64,000 nucleotides of DNA, taken from positions 1 through 64,000 of the IMG/VR virus record IMGVR_UViG_3300036834_000231; one strand, given 5' to 3'. A model generated the notes under the pieces. The model saw only the letters and a list, made by a program, of their open reading frames with translations. It ran no database searches and had not been told where the DNA came from. Source of the DNA: a virus. The translations under genes were made by a program, and so were the position numbers. This document shows, piece by piece, positions 11,701 to 20,983 of this stretch (position 1 is its first letter; every line of letters begins with the position of its first letter).

Positions 11701-11931
11701 TTTCTAGGTCCGCCGGGCGCGCAAGCGCAGCAGGGCATCCTGAAATTGTCGATGGATCCGACGTGGATCGGGAAGACGCTTCACTTCAAGTTTTTGGCTT
11801 TCAATACCAATTTGGGCGCGCTCGAATCGCTATCCGATGCGGTGGACTATACCTACACTCCGACCGGAACGGTAGGGAGCGTGAACCCGGCCGGCGCGTC
11901 GACTCAGATCTTTCAAATCAATGGAGCGTAA
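8785..11931 (+). CDS. tail tip / central tail fibre protein (GTA g15- / gpJ-like)
   Basis: SSTYGQTIPVLFGRT N-terminus; LLEPLDLI..VRLTSVSED and YGGCQVYISTDGG motifs; synteny. Confidence 0.8.
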   Translation: MIGGKSQSSVKPVALGATLQSSTYGQTIPVLFGRTKQSLYVIWAANIRQSGGGKKSKKGGKKGPPPDYYENIDFLIGHNPIVTPLQFWAKQDARYPFNFVKHSGSMSGGVSVTVPDGLFFAVVGVTLSATYSVTFDDYGGQGSQTLSGSWEIPLWNAAYAAPDPGRAGTDRFGKYYYYWQPGSGPTITFPQNANSQTGISGTVNVYYAQLDIADILVYTKFLSSATPMAALNMVFEPVLGDGPEFSGNDNITGAPLNLQQILYPHYAGIGSANYDLGSAQVLPNVRVEILGAYPLYPTGDADFADMIEDIFKMGLAQAALGSAYAYTQIQHGLSCFDFPGSVQCTTMNTVNPFSGPISYYRPNTANNILLVAANAGGIIGGLATFGASPVSDSAGNTWSLALPTGLNAQICYAKAVAASSNAVTITGQTYHWQSSLLEIGGVDTFDNAAYSTTSRKVTILTGNDAGTPCFILAMANYTPDAIISALPEVVQWKLLVDRPNGANDFALYYQVVYQPGYYSFTAPLGTFGTTPNVVALVSFKCAEPPGYPRPLGDILDAASLDLCRQQCRANGLWGSLLMDSQQKAGDWLGDLFTAMNAAPVWSGFTLKCIPLSEVSAVGNGAIYNAPSAAGPVATLYESDFIGGADSPLITVERKAQVDVPNILQYQHPNRSSDYNDVTVSQPETASIALFGPRKDSPKQMRMIQDTGIARMILSIAVRKQNFLRNVYKFKIKAKWKLLEPLDLILINEPRLGISQLPVRLTSVSEDAEYALDCEAEPFIYGCYSPVAVPTTAVAPHRPQVGISPGQVNPPIIFEPVPRLYGALNQNQLWLVVSASNVNYGGCQVYISTDGGVSYNLIGQLQGSATTGVSTADWPAASDPDTTNDLPLDLTESNRPLTSYQTSDEDNFTYISYMAGGNASIPYELLSYAVATLTSAEHYTLKATGTGNKLRRAVFGAPAVGAGVDHPIGTRFAFLGPPGAQAQQGILKLSMDPTWIGKTLHFKFLAFNTNLGALESLSDAVDYTYTPTGTVGSVNPAGASTQIFQINGA

Positions 11932-12426
11932 GTGCCCACGCAAGCGCAGATCATCAATCTCAATGATTTGACGCCAGCGCCACCGGCGGGCGAGCAGAAC
12001 ATCCATTGGCAGAAAGGCGCGACTGTCGGGAACGATCCAGAGACGGGTTACCCGATCTACCCGGCCTCGGGGAACATGCCGCCCATGTTGGGCGATACGG
12101 GCTCGGGCGGGACGGGTGGCGCCGTGCCAGCGCCTGGCGCCGGGGACGCGGCGGCGGGCAAATTTCTGCGGGCGGACGGCTCCTGGGGCATTCCGAGCGC
12201 GACCTCGGGCGGTACGCCGGTGCGCGAAACGCCAAGCGGTACGCTCAACGGATCGAACAAGACGTTTACTTTGAGTTTTACACCGTCGCCAGCCGCAACG
12301 CTCTGGCTCGCGTTAAATGGCGTGGTGCAGGATCAGGGCGTAGATTTCTCGATCAGCGCCGCGGTCATCACGTATACGACGGCTCCCAAGGCGGACGATT
12401 GGCATTTGGCCTGGTACACCCACTAA
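11932..12426 (+). CDS. tail fibre-associated structural protein
   Basis: GAVPAPGAGDAAAGKFLRADGSW fibre motif; ETPSGTLNGSNKTFTLS module. Confidence 0.65.
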   Translation: MPTQAQIINLNDLTPAPPAGEQNIHWQKGATVGNDPETGYPIYPASGNMPPMLGDTGSGGTGGAVPAPGAGDAAAGKFLRADGSWGIPSATSGGTPVRETPSGTLNGSNKTFTLSFTPSPAATLWLALNGVVQDQGVDFSISAAVITYTTAPKADDWHLAWYTH

Positions 12427-12427
12427 C

Positions 12428-13168
12428 ATGTCTCTCCCGGTAACGTCGAGCTTGCAGTTGTGGTTTCCGGCCGATATCATCGGCGGCGCGGACGGGAGTT
12501 CGGTCACAAGCTGGGCCGATCAATCGGGCAATGCCAATAACGCCACCGTGACCGCCGGTACGTTGACGTATCACACGGCGCAGATTGAAGGCTTGCCGGC
12601 TGTGACGTTCGCAAGCGGCAAATTGTCGTTGGCGAATGCCATCAGTTCCACGGGCCAGCATACCGTGTTTGCCGTTTATAAACTCTCCAGCAGTTCGAAG
12701 GGCTGCATCATTGGCGGCGGGTTAGGCGCGTTCACCTATTGGTTCGGGGCCAGTTCAAAAGCGCAAGGCGTGGACGGCGCAGGCATTATCCAGGATTCGA
12801 CCGGCACGGCAGCGGTGGACACCACGCTCTGGCATCAATCGAATGTGGTCAACAGCGGCGCGGGTTCGAGCCCCGGCACGATTGGCCTCTTTCGTTTGGA
12901 TCGCGCGGACGACGCGACCATAGGTCTCATCACGAGCGGCAATAATTTCACGGAGCCGACCGTGCTCGGCTACAACAATTCGAACGGCAGCGAATTTTTT
13001 ACCGGCCAGCTCGCCGAGTTGATCTATTACAACCGCAATCTCACCACTACGGAAGTCTCGCAGGTCGAGACGTATTTGGCCGGGAGGTATTTTGCCGCAG
13101 GCCTGCTGGTCAACACGGGCACGGATGGCGGCATGCGGCCGCATCTGTTAGGAGGAACCAATGGCTAA
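12428..13168 (+). CDS. LamG/concanavalin-like virion protein (possible receptor binding)
   Basis: LQLWF.AD..VTSWADQSGNANNAT..FTGQLAELIYYNRNL..VETYLAGRY pattern. Confidence 0.7.
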   Translation: MSLPVTSSLQLWFPADIIGGADGSSVTSWADQSGNANNATVTAGTLTYHTAQIEGLPAVTFASGKLSLANAISSTGQHTVFAVYKLSSSSKGCIIGGGLGAFTYWFGASSKAQGVDGAGIIQDSTGTAAVDTTLWHQSNVVNSGAGSSPGTIGLFRLDRADDATIGLITSGNNFTEPTVLGYNNSNGSEFFTGQLAELIYYNRNLTTTEVSQVETYLAGRYFAAGLLVNTGTDGGMRPHLLGGTNG

Positions 13169-13814
13169 GCTGAGCCGCCAGATCGGCACGACGAGCCAAA
13201 TCGTCGAGGTCTTCGTACAGGATTCGTCGAGCATCACCGGCGCAGGCAAGACGGGCATTCTCTTTAACGCGAGCGGGCTCGCTTGCTACTACAAGCGCAA
13301 TACCGCCTCCAGTTCAACGGCTGTGACGCTTGTGACCATCACCACGCTAGGGACCTACGCTTCGGGCGGCTGGAAAGAAGTGGATGCTACGAATATGCCC
13401 GGCGTTTACGAGGTGCATTTGCCGAATGCCGCGCTCGTCTCTGGCGCTGACTCGGTGGTCTTTTATGCGGGCGGCGCGGCCAACATGGCCCCCTTGCTGC
13501 TTGAAATCGAGTTGACGGCCACCACCAATCAGACCGACATCCAGGTCAAGAAGAATCAGGCGCTCTCGAATTTCGCCTTCCTGATGGTGTCCTCGACCGA
13601 TCACGTCACGCCGAAGACCGGGCTCACCATTACCGCGCAGCGCTCGATCGACGGGGCGGCGTTCGCCTCCTGCGCCAATGCCGCGACCGAATTGTCGAAC
13701 GGCATTTACCTCATCAACCTGGCGGCGGCCGATCTCAACGGCAATGTGATCACCCTGCTCTTTAGCGGCTCGGGAGCCGATTCCCGGTATGTCGGGATTG
13801 TGACCCAAGCGTGA
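13161..13814 (+). CDS. putative virion structural protein
   Basis: Two related modules (GKTGI..EVDATNMPGVYEV / PKTGL..ELSNGIYLI); located in the tail operon. Confidence 0.55.
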   Translation: MAKLSRQIGTTSQIVEVFVQDSSSITGAGKTGILFNASGLACYYKRNTASSSTAVTLVTITTLGTYASGGWKEVDATNMPGVYEVHLPNAALVSGADSVVFYAGGAANMAPLLLEIELTATTNQTDIQVKKNQALSNFAFLMVSSTDHVTPKTGLTITAQRSIDGAAFASCANAATELSNGIYLINLAAADLNGNVITLLFSGSGADSRYVGIVTQA

Positions 13815-14962
13815 TTATCGAGTGGTCGAACGAAATCAATTATCTCGGCCTGCGGCCCTTGGTGCGCCCGTTGGTTACGGGCGTGGCGATTGCGCCTAGT
13901 GCGCGCGGCAATATCGATTACGATCAGCTCAAGGCGGCCGCGCGGCACGGCATCGGCGCGCAGATCCAGATGTTCGGCGGCGGCGCGATCACCGCCGGTC
14001 ATGCGGTCATTTTCGACGCCGCCGGGAACGTGGTGGACGGCGGGGCGAGCGTCTATGCGCCCACTTCCCGGCTGATCTCGACGACCGCGCCGCTCACCGG
14101 CGGCGGGGATCTGACGGCAGACCGGACGCTTGCGATCAATGCCTTCACCGGCGATTCCGGATCGGGCGGCCTCAAAGGGGCGGTCCCGGCGCCGGCGGCG
14201 GGCGATGCTGCCGCCGGTAAGTATCTGAAAGCAGACGGCACCTGGACCACTGCGGGCGGCGATGTCACCGCCGAATACATCATCGGCGCGACGGATGCCG
14301 CGCTGACCAATGCTTTGGTCTGGCCGGCGCTGTACAACCATGTCGATGCGCCGCCGGTCTCGGCCGGTTCGCTCGACGATGAGTTCGATGCGAGTACGCT
14401 CAATGGCGCCTGGAGCTGGGTGAACCAGGGCAGCGCAACTGCGACCTTTTCCCGCAGTTGGCTCAAGCTCGCGCTCGCGAGCTCAACCAGCAGCGATAAC
14501 ATCACTATGATCGTCAAGACCGCGCCTTCCACTCCTTGGGAAGTGACGGCGCGTATCTGCATGGTGACGCTGAACAACAATTGGCTCGGCGGCGGCATCG
14601 TCCTCCGCGAATCGTCGACCGGCAAGATTATGATGTTCGGGCCGGCTTTCTACCAGACTCGCGGCTTAGACGTTTCGCGCTGGAATTCAACGACTTCGAA
14701 TAGCAGCGACACGACGGGCGGCTCGGTTTGGGCGACGCTCGGTTGCAGTCCCGGCTACATGCGCGTGAAGGACGACGGTACGAATCTAACGTTCAGCGCC
14801 TCGGCCGATGGCATTTCGTTTGCCCAGTTCAACCAGCAGAGCCGCACGGCGTTTCTCTCAGGCGGGGCGAATCAAGTCGGCCTCGGCTATAACTGCCAAG
14901 TAGTGGGCGGCACGGGCACCGCCATCGCACTCGATTGCGATTACTTCCGGCGGACCGTATGA
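13811..14962 (+). CDS. tail fibre protein with C-terminal lectin-like domain
   Basis: TTAPLTGGGDLTADRTL and GAVPAPAAGDAAAGKYLKADGTW fibre motifs; DDEFDASTL..W beta-sandwich start. Confidence 0.7.
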   Translation: MIIEWSNEINYLGLRPLVRPLVTGVAIAPSARGNIDYDQLKAAARHGIGAQIQMFGGGAITAGHAVIFDAAGNVVDGGASVYAPTSRLISTTAPLTGGGDLTADRTLAINAFTGDSGSGGLKGAVPAPAAGDAAAGKYLKADGTWTTAGGDVTAEYIIGATDAALTNALVWPALYNHVDAPPVSAGSLDDEFDASTLNGAWSWVNQGSATATFSRSWLKLALASSTSSDNITMIVKTAPSTPWEVTARICMVTLNNNWLGGGIVLRESSTGKIMMFGPAFYQTRGLDVSRWNSTTSNSSDTTGGSVWATLGCSPGYMRVKDDGTNLTFSASADGISFAQFNQQSRTAFLSGGANQVGLGYNCQVVGGTGTAIALDCDYFRRTV

Positions 14963-14981
14963 ATTTTTTTGGAGCGTTATC

Positions 14982-15221
14982 ATGTCCACCCCTGCTCCTG
15001 CTCCCATGCCGTATGCCAGTGTTGTCGCCGCTTCTCGGGACAAAGAGCATCCGCAATTTCATTTGTCGCTAGGCAAGGTGCTCGCGACCATTCTTCTAGG
15101 CTCGTTCGATGCGCTAGCGGCGCAGCAAAATCCGACCAATAGCAACATCGACAGTTCCATCACCGCCTTTCTCGGCGGATTCTTGCAGATCTGGCTGCCG
15201 CCAACGCAGCCCCCGAGCTAG
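14982..15221 (+). CDS. putative holin / small membrane protein
   Basis: 79 aa with two moderately hydrophobic segments, immediately before the lysozyme. Confidence 0.35.
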   Translation: MSTPAPAPMPYASVVAASRDKEHPQFHLSLGKVLATILLGSFDALAAQQNPTNSNIDSSITAFLGGFLQIWLPPTQPPS

Positions 15222-15796
15222 TGAATAACCATTCGCAGGCCAAGCAGCTCCTCATCGATCACGAGGGCTGGTGCCGGCATTTCTATCTCGACCAAGCCAA
15301 AAATGTGACTGTGGGCGTCGGCCATCTGCTACGCACCAGTCTCGACGCCAGCCGTTTGCCCTTTGTCTGGCGCGCGAGCAAGTGGCCGACCACCGCAACG
15401 CAGATCAGCGCGGAGTATCTGAATGTTTTGAAGCAGAAGCCCGGACAGAAGGCCAGCTATTACCGGCAATTCACCCAATTGGAATTGCTCGATCCGGCGA
15501 TCGAGCAATTGCTCGATGAGGATATCGCGAGCGTTGAGGTGAGCGTCGAAGCGTATTTTCAGGGCTATGTGCAGTATCCGCCGCCCGCCCAGGACGGCCT
15601 CATCGATATGGACTTTAATCTGGGAACGCATCGCCTGGTCAGCGAATACTCAAAGCTCAAGGTGGCGGCCGAAGAACGCAATTGGCGCGCTTGCGCGGCT
15701 GAATGCTTTCGCCGGGGCGTCGCCGAAACGCGCAATGCCCAGACCCGGGACCTGTTTCTGCAAGCGGCGTCTATTGATATCACAGTGATTTCCTAG
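15221..15796 (+). CDS. endolysin, T4-lysozyme-like (GH24)
   Basis: HEG..YLD..VTVGVGHLL: E-x8-D-x5-T catalytic spacing as in T4 lysozyme; DMDFNLG. Confidence 0.85.
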   Translation: MNNHSQAKQLLIDHEGWCRHFYLDQAKNVTVGVGHLLRTSLDASRLPFVWRASKWPTTATQISAEYLNVLKQKPGQKASYYRQFTQLELLDPAIEQLLDEDIASVEVSVEAYFQGYVQYPPPAQDGLIDMDFNLGTHRLVSEYSKLKVAAEERNWRACAAECFRRGVAETRNAQTRDLFLQAASIDITVIS

Positions 15797-15829
15797 TGAG
15801 ATAGGAGATAAGGAAAAAGGAGGGTTGTT

Positions 15830-16921
15830 TTGGCCAGTAATCGCAATCCGAGTCAAAATCCCACGGAGCGGGCGCAACGCGGAGTGGTGGCCGCGCTTTC
15901 GACGCGCGACTTCTCTAGCAAGGCCCTCAAGTTCGAGGAGCAGTTTGGCCGTTTGATTCCGAACACTATCCGCAAGACCGAGATTCTGACGGCCAGCCGG
16001 GTGGTTGGCTTGCTTGTCAATCTCTACGCCTCGAATGAGGATATCCGCAAGTGCAAGCCTTCGACGATCTTGAATTCGGCCGGCCTCGCCTGCGCGGTGG
16101 GTCTGGAGTTCAATAACGCGCTCGGCCAGTCAGCCATCATCCCGTACAAGGATGTGGCAAGCTGGCAGCCCATGTACCGCGGCCTGATTACCCTCGCTTC
16201 GCGTAGCGGCCGGGTGCACGACGTAACCGCGCACGTCGTCATGGAGCAGGATTACTTCGAGTACCGCTACGGCATCCAGCCCGAGCTGCACCACAAGCCC
16301 GCCTTCCGCTGGAATGAGGGTTTCGATCTGGAGCGCGATTGGCGCTATGCCTATTCGCTCGTGCGCTTCAAGGACGGTCCCGCCGCCTTTCTGGTGATGG
16401 ATCGCTCCGAGGTCGAGCGGGTGAAGACCACTTCCTCAAGAGCCACGAGCGAGTTCGCTCCCTGGAAAGTACATCTGGAGGAGATGATCCGCAAGACACC
16501 CATCAAGCGGCACCTCAAAATGCTGGACCTGACGGCGCACGCAAATATGGCGGTGGGCCTCGACGACGCAGCCCAAGAGGGCGAGAAGCAGGACGTGGTC
16601 CTCGACTGGAAGGACTACTCGACCGAGGATCTCGACGAACCGCTCAAAGGTTACACGGCTGGCGCGGGCGAGAAGGAAAAGCCGGCAGAACCTGATGACG
16701 CCATGCCGAAGCCGGGCGGCGCCGTCCGCAGTACCTTGGGCCCGTTCACCGAAGACGACTTTTCCGAGGAAGAATTCGACTGGCTGCTACGCCAATTCAA
16801 AGCCTACGGCCACGGCCAGACCAAGGCGCAATTGCTTGGCTTCGCCGGCACATGGCGCGAGACGAAAGACGCGTTGATGGAGTACCTCAGCCATGCCGAA
16901 GCTCAAACCGCCGGCCGATGA
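15830..16921 (+). CDS. recT: RecT-family single-strand annealing recombinase
   Basis: GLE..LGQSAIIPY..YRGLITLASRSG..AHVV..DYFEY..G..L.HKP..PW...EEMIRKT motifs. Confidence 0.88.
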   Translation: MASNRNPSQNPTERAQRGVVAALSTRDFSSKALKFEEQFGRLIPNTIRKTEILTASRVVGLLVNLYASNEDIRKCKPSTILNSAGLACAVGLEFNNALGQSAIIPYKDVASWQPMYRGLITLASRSGRVHDVTAHVVMEQDYFEYRYGIQPELHHKPAFRWNEGFDLERDWRYAYSLVRFKDGPAAFLVMDRSEVERVKTTSSRATSEFAPWKVHLEEMIRKTPIKRHLKMLDLTAHANMAVGLDDAAQEGEKQDVVLDWKDYSTEDLDEPLKGYTAGAGEKEKPAEPDDAMPKPGGAVRSTLGPFTEDDFSEEEFDWLLRQFKAYGHGQTKAQLLGFAGTWRETKDALMEYLSHAEAQTAGR

Positions 16922-18242
16922 ACAAGCTCATTTCGAGATCGTGCCGCGCATCGAGGCGCCGCCTGGCATTTCGAAGTCGATGGGCCGCGCGCTCGGGTGC
17001 GCTACGTTCTTTGCCGGTCAGTATCTGCAGGGCCGGGGTGTCGGCCGGAACGAACACTTCCTGAGTCAAACCGGGCTCGAGTTTCATGCCTGGCGCAAGG
17101 CGTATGTCGAGCATCTGATCGCCGAGAATCAATGGAGCGACGAGGCTTTTCGCGATCAGTATGTCGCGACGCAGGCCTTGAGCGAGGACGGCGCTGCGCT
17201 GATCAGCCGGGATGCCTTCACCATCAATCCGGATTCGGTCTACGGTTGCGAGCTCTTCCTGTCGGTCGACCAGGACTTTCAACCGCTCGAAGCGATCCGG
17301 GACCGGACGCCCGGGCAGTTCAGCGATAACCCGCAGGCCTTGCTGGGGGGCACGCTCGATCTGCTGTTGCTCGAAGGCCGGATTGCCACGATTCTCGATC
17401 CGAAGAGCGGTTTCTCGACGACCGGGGTGACCGACGACGAGCCGGCGTTTTACGCGGCGCTGGTGTTCGCGCATTTCCCGACCGTCGAAGAGGTGCAGTT
17501 TCGCTGGGACTTCGTGCGGGTGGATAAGGTGCGGCGCACGAGCTATACGCGCGACGAACTCGGCTGGATTGTGGAGCGCGTGCGGGAGGTTAATCGCCAA
17601 AAGAATGAGTATGTTACGCGCTACAACGCGGGCCAGCCGCTCGAAGCGAATCCGTTCGCCGGGCTATGTCCCTACTGCCAGTTGGCCTGCCCGCTGCGGC
17701 CGCGCTGGGAGGAGGGCGAGCTTGCCATAGCCATGCCGCAGAAGCGCGAGGATGCCGTGCGCCTGGCGCAGTTGGTCAAGGTCTGCGAGGACGTCATTAC
17801 GCGCGCGCGCAAGCTGGTCGTCACCTGGCTCGATCAGGACCCAGAGCGCCGGCTGGAGCTCGGCGGCGGCTTCGAGGCGGCCTTGCGGGTAGACGAGCGC
17901 TGCGAGTATCCGCTCGTCCAGGCGCTGAATGTGCTAGGGCTGGATCTTATTGATTTACAGGCACTTCCGCCTGAGATGCGGCAGACGATTGCGGAGAACC
18001 GGCCAGACGGCTCGCCGGTCTTTGATGTGCCGCTACGGTCCTTGCATGTCTCCGGGTTGACGGGCTTCTTCAAAAGCCGGAAGTCGAAGCGTGGCGTGCC
18101 GCGGGAGGGGCTGAAGGATTTGATGCGGTCGATCGCGGTCCGCGGCGCCGCAACTCTGCTCGTCATCCGCAAGCCGCAGCCGATGGCGGCGGACGAGAAC
18201 ATCGCGGAGCTGCTCGAAGCCAGTGTGGAAAAGAGTCAGTGA
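16893..18242 (+). CDS. PD-(D/E)XK (RecB/Cas4-like) exonuclease, RecT partner
   Basis: GTLDLL..ILDPKSG motif and C-terminal CPYC..CP cluster; overlaps recT. Confidence 0.7.
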   Translation: MPKLKPPADEQAHFEIVPRIEAPPGISKSMGRALGCATFFAGQYLQGRGVGRNEHFLSQTGLEFHAWRKAYVEHLIAENQWSDEAFRDQYVATQALSEDGAALISRDAFTINPDSVYGCELFLSVDQDFQPLEAIRDRTPGQFSDNPQALLGGTLDLLLLEGRIATILDPKSGFSTTGVTDDEPAFYAALVFAHFPTVEEVQFRWDFVRVDKVRRTSYTRDELGWIVERVREVNRQKNEYVTRYNAGQPLEANPFAGLCPYCQLACPLRPRWEEGELAIAMPQKREDAVRLAQLVKVCEDVITRARKLVVTWLDQDPERRLELGGGFEAALRVDERCEYPLVQALNVLGLDLIDLQALPPEMRQTIAENRPDGSPVFDVPLRSLHVSGLTGFFKSRKSKRGVPREGLKDLMRSIAVRGAATLLVIRKPQPMAADENIAELLEASVEKSQ

Positions 18243-18273
18243 TATCACTCGGCTATCCCGGTGAGATAAAAAA

Positions 18274-18768
18274 ATGAACTGGACGATCGGGGATCTGCGC
18301 AAGCTGGAGGGCAGGCGCAGGGGCGTGGCGGTCAGGCCTGTCGCCGCCGTACCGTTAGGCGCTTGGGTCGAGGCGACGTTCTTTCTGCCGGTTCCCGTCC
18401 CGACCAAGAAGAACGGCAAGGGCGCCTTTAACGAGCGCGTGGTGATCAGCCGGCGCAACCGGTTGCTGCTCGACGAGGTGACGAAGGCGGCGCGGGTGGC
18501 CTGGTCGGGCAGGCGGCCGGCGCTGAGCAATGCGACCATCAACTGTGTATTCCACACTACGAATCTGAGCCAGGATGACGATGGGGCGTTGACTTCCACG
18601 CTGGATTGCTTGGTCGCGGCCGGTGTGCTCGCCGACGACAGCCGCAAGCACCTGGTGGGCGGGACGTTCACGCATGAACTCGTGGGGCTCGGGCAGCCGG
18701 AGGGCGTGGTGATCCATATTCGTGGCCAGGAATATCACAGTGATAGCCTCATGAGATGTCCGAAGTAG
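18274..18768 (+). CDS. RusA-like Holliday junction resolvase
   Basis: PVPTKKN start; QDDDG..LDCLV.AGVL.DD catalytic-type motif. Confidence 0.65.
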   Translation: MNWTIGDLRKLEGRRRGVAVRPVAAVPLGAWVEATFFLPVPVPTKKNGKGAFNERVVISRRNRLLLDEVTKAARVAWSGRRPALSNATINCVFHTTNLSQDDDGALTSTLDCLVAAGVLADDSRKHLVGGTFTHELVGLGQPEGVVIHIRGQEYHSDSLMRCPK

Positions 18769-19016
18769 TTTTGAGGGCCGGCGGCATGGTGCGTATCCGG
18801 CGCGTGGATGATCCGGAGTGGAGCTGGGCGCGGATTCAGCTTGTGAGCGACATTAGTGCGGCTGGGATGCAATCGGTGGCGGTCACATTGGAGAGTGCGG
18901 TGCGGGCCGGTGCGGGCGTCGTGATCGGCGTGCTGCCGCTATTCGTGGACTACCAGCGGGAACTCGTGACGGGTCTGCTCGGTAGCGACGAATACGAGAT
19001 CGACGTAGCGACGTGA
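18756..19016 (+). CDS. hypothetical protein
   Basis: Overlaps the upstream gene; protein-like composition. Confidence 0.5.
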   Translation: MSEVVLRAGGMVRIRRVDDPEWSWARIQLVSDISAAGMQSVAVTLESAVRAGAGVVIGVLPLFVDYQRELVTGLLGSDEYEIDVAT

Positions 19017-19214
19017 GGGTATGAACCAGAAGCAGAGCAAGCTGAGGGTTGTCAGCGAGATCCAGCATTCCCAGAAGCTCCTGTTGTGGCGGCGTTTGCT
19101 GAATCCGCCGGTCCCGTGGTGGCGCCGGTGGTTGCTGATGCATCGGCGTAGACCTGTTTAGAAAGGTTTTAGTGACGGCGCGCGTCAGCGCTTTCCTTTG
19201 TTGGGATTGCGAGC

Positions 19215-19608
19215 CGAAAAGTACCGTTTCAGCATATGAGCGTGGACTGGTTTCTCACAGGTCGGGCTTATCAGGGAATGGGGGGGTAGATTCGCGCGAC
19301 CGAGTTCCGGCATTAGCGCGTTAATCGGAAAGGGGGGGGGCAGATTCGCGCGGGGGGACCGTTTCAGCGCGAAGAAATAACGAAAAGTACCGTTTCAGCA
19401 TACGTTTCCCACAGGCGCGGTGCGCCTACTACTGTTCTGGTACATGATCTAACTACATGTATGTGAGGGTGTTTCAGCGGAGGATGGTGAGGGTGTTTCA
19501 GCGGAGGCCCGCCGTAGTAATTGCCCGCTAAGCGCCTTTAAATATCTTTATAATCAGCTTGTTATGGTCCAACAATACCTTGCCTCAGGAGTGAGGGTGT
19601 TTCAGCGG
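19215..19608. repeat. iteron array / plasmid replication origin
   Basis: GTGAGGGTGTTTCAGCGG at 19463, 19487, 19591; CGAAAAGTACCGTTTCAGCATA at 19215, 19381; shared core GTTTCAGC 6x; AT-rich patch ~19537-19555; non-coding and adjacent to repA. Confidence 0.8.
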
Positions 19609-19665
19609 GGAAAAATGCCGGTAATCCACTAGTTTTTCCACGGCCACTTTGTCACACCTCTAGGC

Positions 19666-20640
19666 TCACCGGTCGATAGCTTTAGGATTGACAGATGGCG
19701 GACAAGGGCGGATTTCCAAGCAACCAGGTGGAGTGGCAATGTTGAGCGTCGGCCAGCAAAGCCTCAGCTTTTTTAGTTCCCTGATAACGTCCTTGCGAAA
19801 GTCGCGGACCGTGAATTTCTCTCCCGCCCTGGCAGGGTCGGCGCCGAATTGCATGTAGAGCTTTTCCCATGAGAGGCGCTCAGGCTTTTTCTTTAGGCTG
19901 TAAAGCGTGAAGGTTTTGTATGAAAGCCACATGTACAAGTCAAGCCCGAGGGAGGACCGTTTCATTTCCTTCAGGATTCGCATGTCGAGCGGGATGGGGT
20001 GAGCAATGATTTCGTTAAAGAAGGCCTCCCCCAGATGAATTTTGCTCTGCCATAGCGTGGACTGCTCTGGTTTTTTATAGTCCCACCAAAACTCCGTCCA
20101 ATCGGCAATTGATGACGATGCGGTGGCTTTGTGGCCGGGCGTTTCGTAGATAAGCTGCACATGGGAGTTGAACAGTCTGTCTATCTGGTGCCTGAGCCGA
20201 GTATGGTCGCCTCGGTCGCCGCCACTGTCGGAATACAGCCCTAATTGCCGCATGAAGACTGAAAGCGAACTGCCAAGGAATAGCTCGCGCTCCCTTGTCC
20301 GGACAGCTTCGGTTGATACCCATGCGAGCAAAAGGCGCGGTAGATTGCCATAGGGCAATTTGTTGTCGCCGCCGGCAATCATGACCAGCTTGTATGGCCC
20401 GTTTTGGCGTTTGTACTGGAGGCGGGTTCCAGGGTCGGTTCTCGGCAAGGAACAGAGCGTTAGCAAGCGGGTCATAAAGCCCATGTCGGTGTTGGGATCG
20501 TCACCAATGCTGGCTAGAGCGTCAATCTGCTTGATGCGAGTGAAATGATGTTTGCCCTGAAGCGTGAGCGCCTTGGTTTCCTGCGGTTCGAGGCGCTCGA
20601 AAACAGGTAGTTTGTCGATGATTTCGCCGGGCTTTTTCAT
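19666..20640 (-). CDS. repA: plasmid replication initiator RepA (IncW-like RepA_C family)
   Basis: GFM.R.L..CSLP..DP..Y.RQNG..LPYG..PRLLLAW..TEAVRT..R.L.LG.S.S.FMR.LG..LDLYMWLSY..QFG motifs. Confidence 0.88.
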   Translation of the reverse strand: MKKPGEIIDKLPVFERLEPQETKALTLQGKHHFTRIKQIDALASIGDDPNTDMGFMTRLLTLCSLPRTDPGTRLQYKRQNGPYKLVMIAGGDNKLPYGNLPRLLLAWVSTEAVRTRERELFLGSSLSVFMRQLGLYSDSGGDRGDHTRLRHQIDRLFNSHVQLIYETPGHKATASSSIADWTEFWWDYKKPEQSTLWQSKIHLGEAFFNEIIAHPIPLDMRILKEMKRSSLGLDLYMWLSYKTFTLYSLKKKPERLSWEKLYMQFGADPARAGEKFTVRDFRKDVIRELKKLRLCWPTLNIATPPGCLEIRPCPPSVNPKAIDR

Positions 20641-20924
20641 TGGTGATGATGCTCCAGCATGTGAATCTTTATGGCGGATTCGATGCGCTGAAAGCCAGCT
20701 TCCATATCCTTGCGGAGTAGAGCAATTTCCGAGTGCAGGGTTGCCATCTCGGCGCGAAGAGTGACCATTTCCGCCCTGATCTCGGCGCGAAGGGTGGCCG
20801 TTTCCGTTTTGATTTCGGCGCGAAGCGTCTCTTTCGCCTCGGTGATGCGGCTGTTCGAATAGATCAGTAGCGAAATCGGGATGACGATCGCCATCGCGAG
20901 GGTGAATACTTGTGCATCGGTCAA
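20637..20924 (-). CDS. membrane-anchored coiled-coil protein, stop overlapping the repA start
   Basis: N-terminal TM helix followed by ETLRAE repeats; ATGA overlap with repA. Confidence 0.7.
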   Translation of the reverse strand: MTDAQVFTLAMAIVIPISLLIYSNSRITEAKETLRAEIKTETATLRAEIRAEMVTLRAEMATLHSEIALLRKDMEAGFQRIESAIKIHMLEHHHQ

Positions 20925-20983
20925 TATCCCAACGGTATCACCAGGGTGTTATTTTGAGCTGTCTGGGAGTACGGGTACGGGCG

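Noticed and set aside
11932-14962. Diversity-generating retroelement targeting tail fibres
   Set aside because: No reverse transcriptase and no adenine-specific TR/VR pair seen in the window
16893-18242. Cas4 as part of a CRISPR system
   Set aside because: Coupled to recT with no array or other cas genes; it is a recombination exonuclease
19215-19608. Repeats as a CRISPR array
   Set aside because: Irregular spacing, short repeats, no cas genes, adjacent repA; iterons fit better
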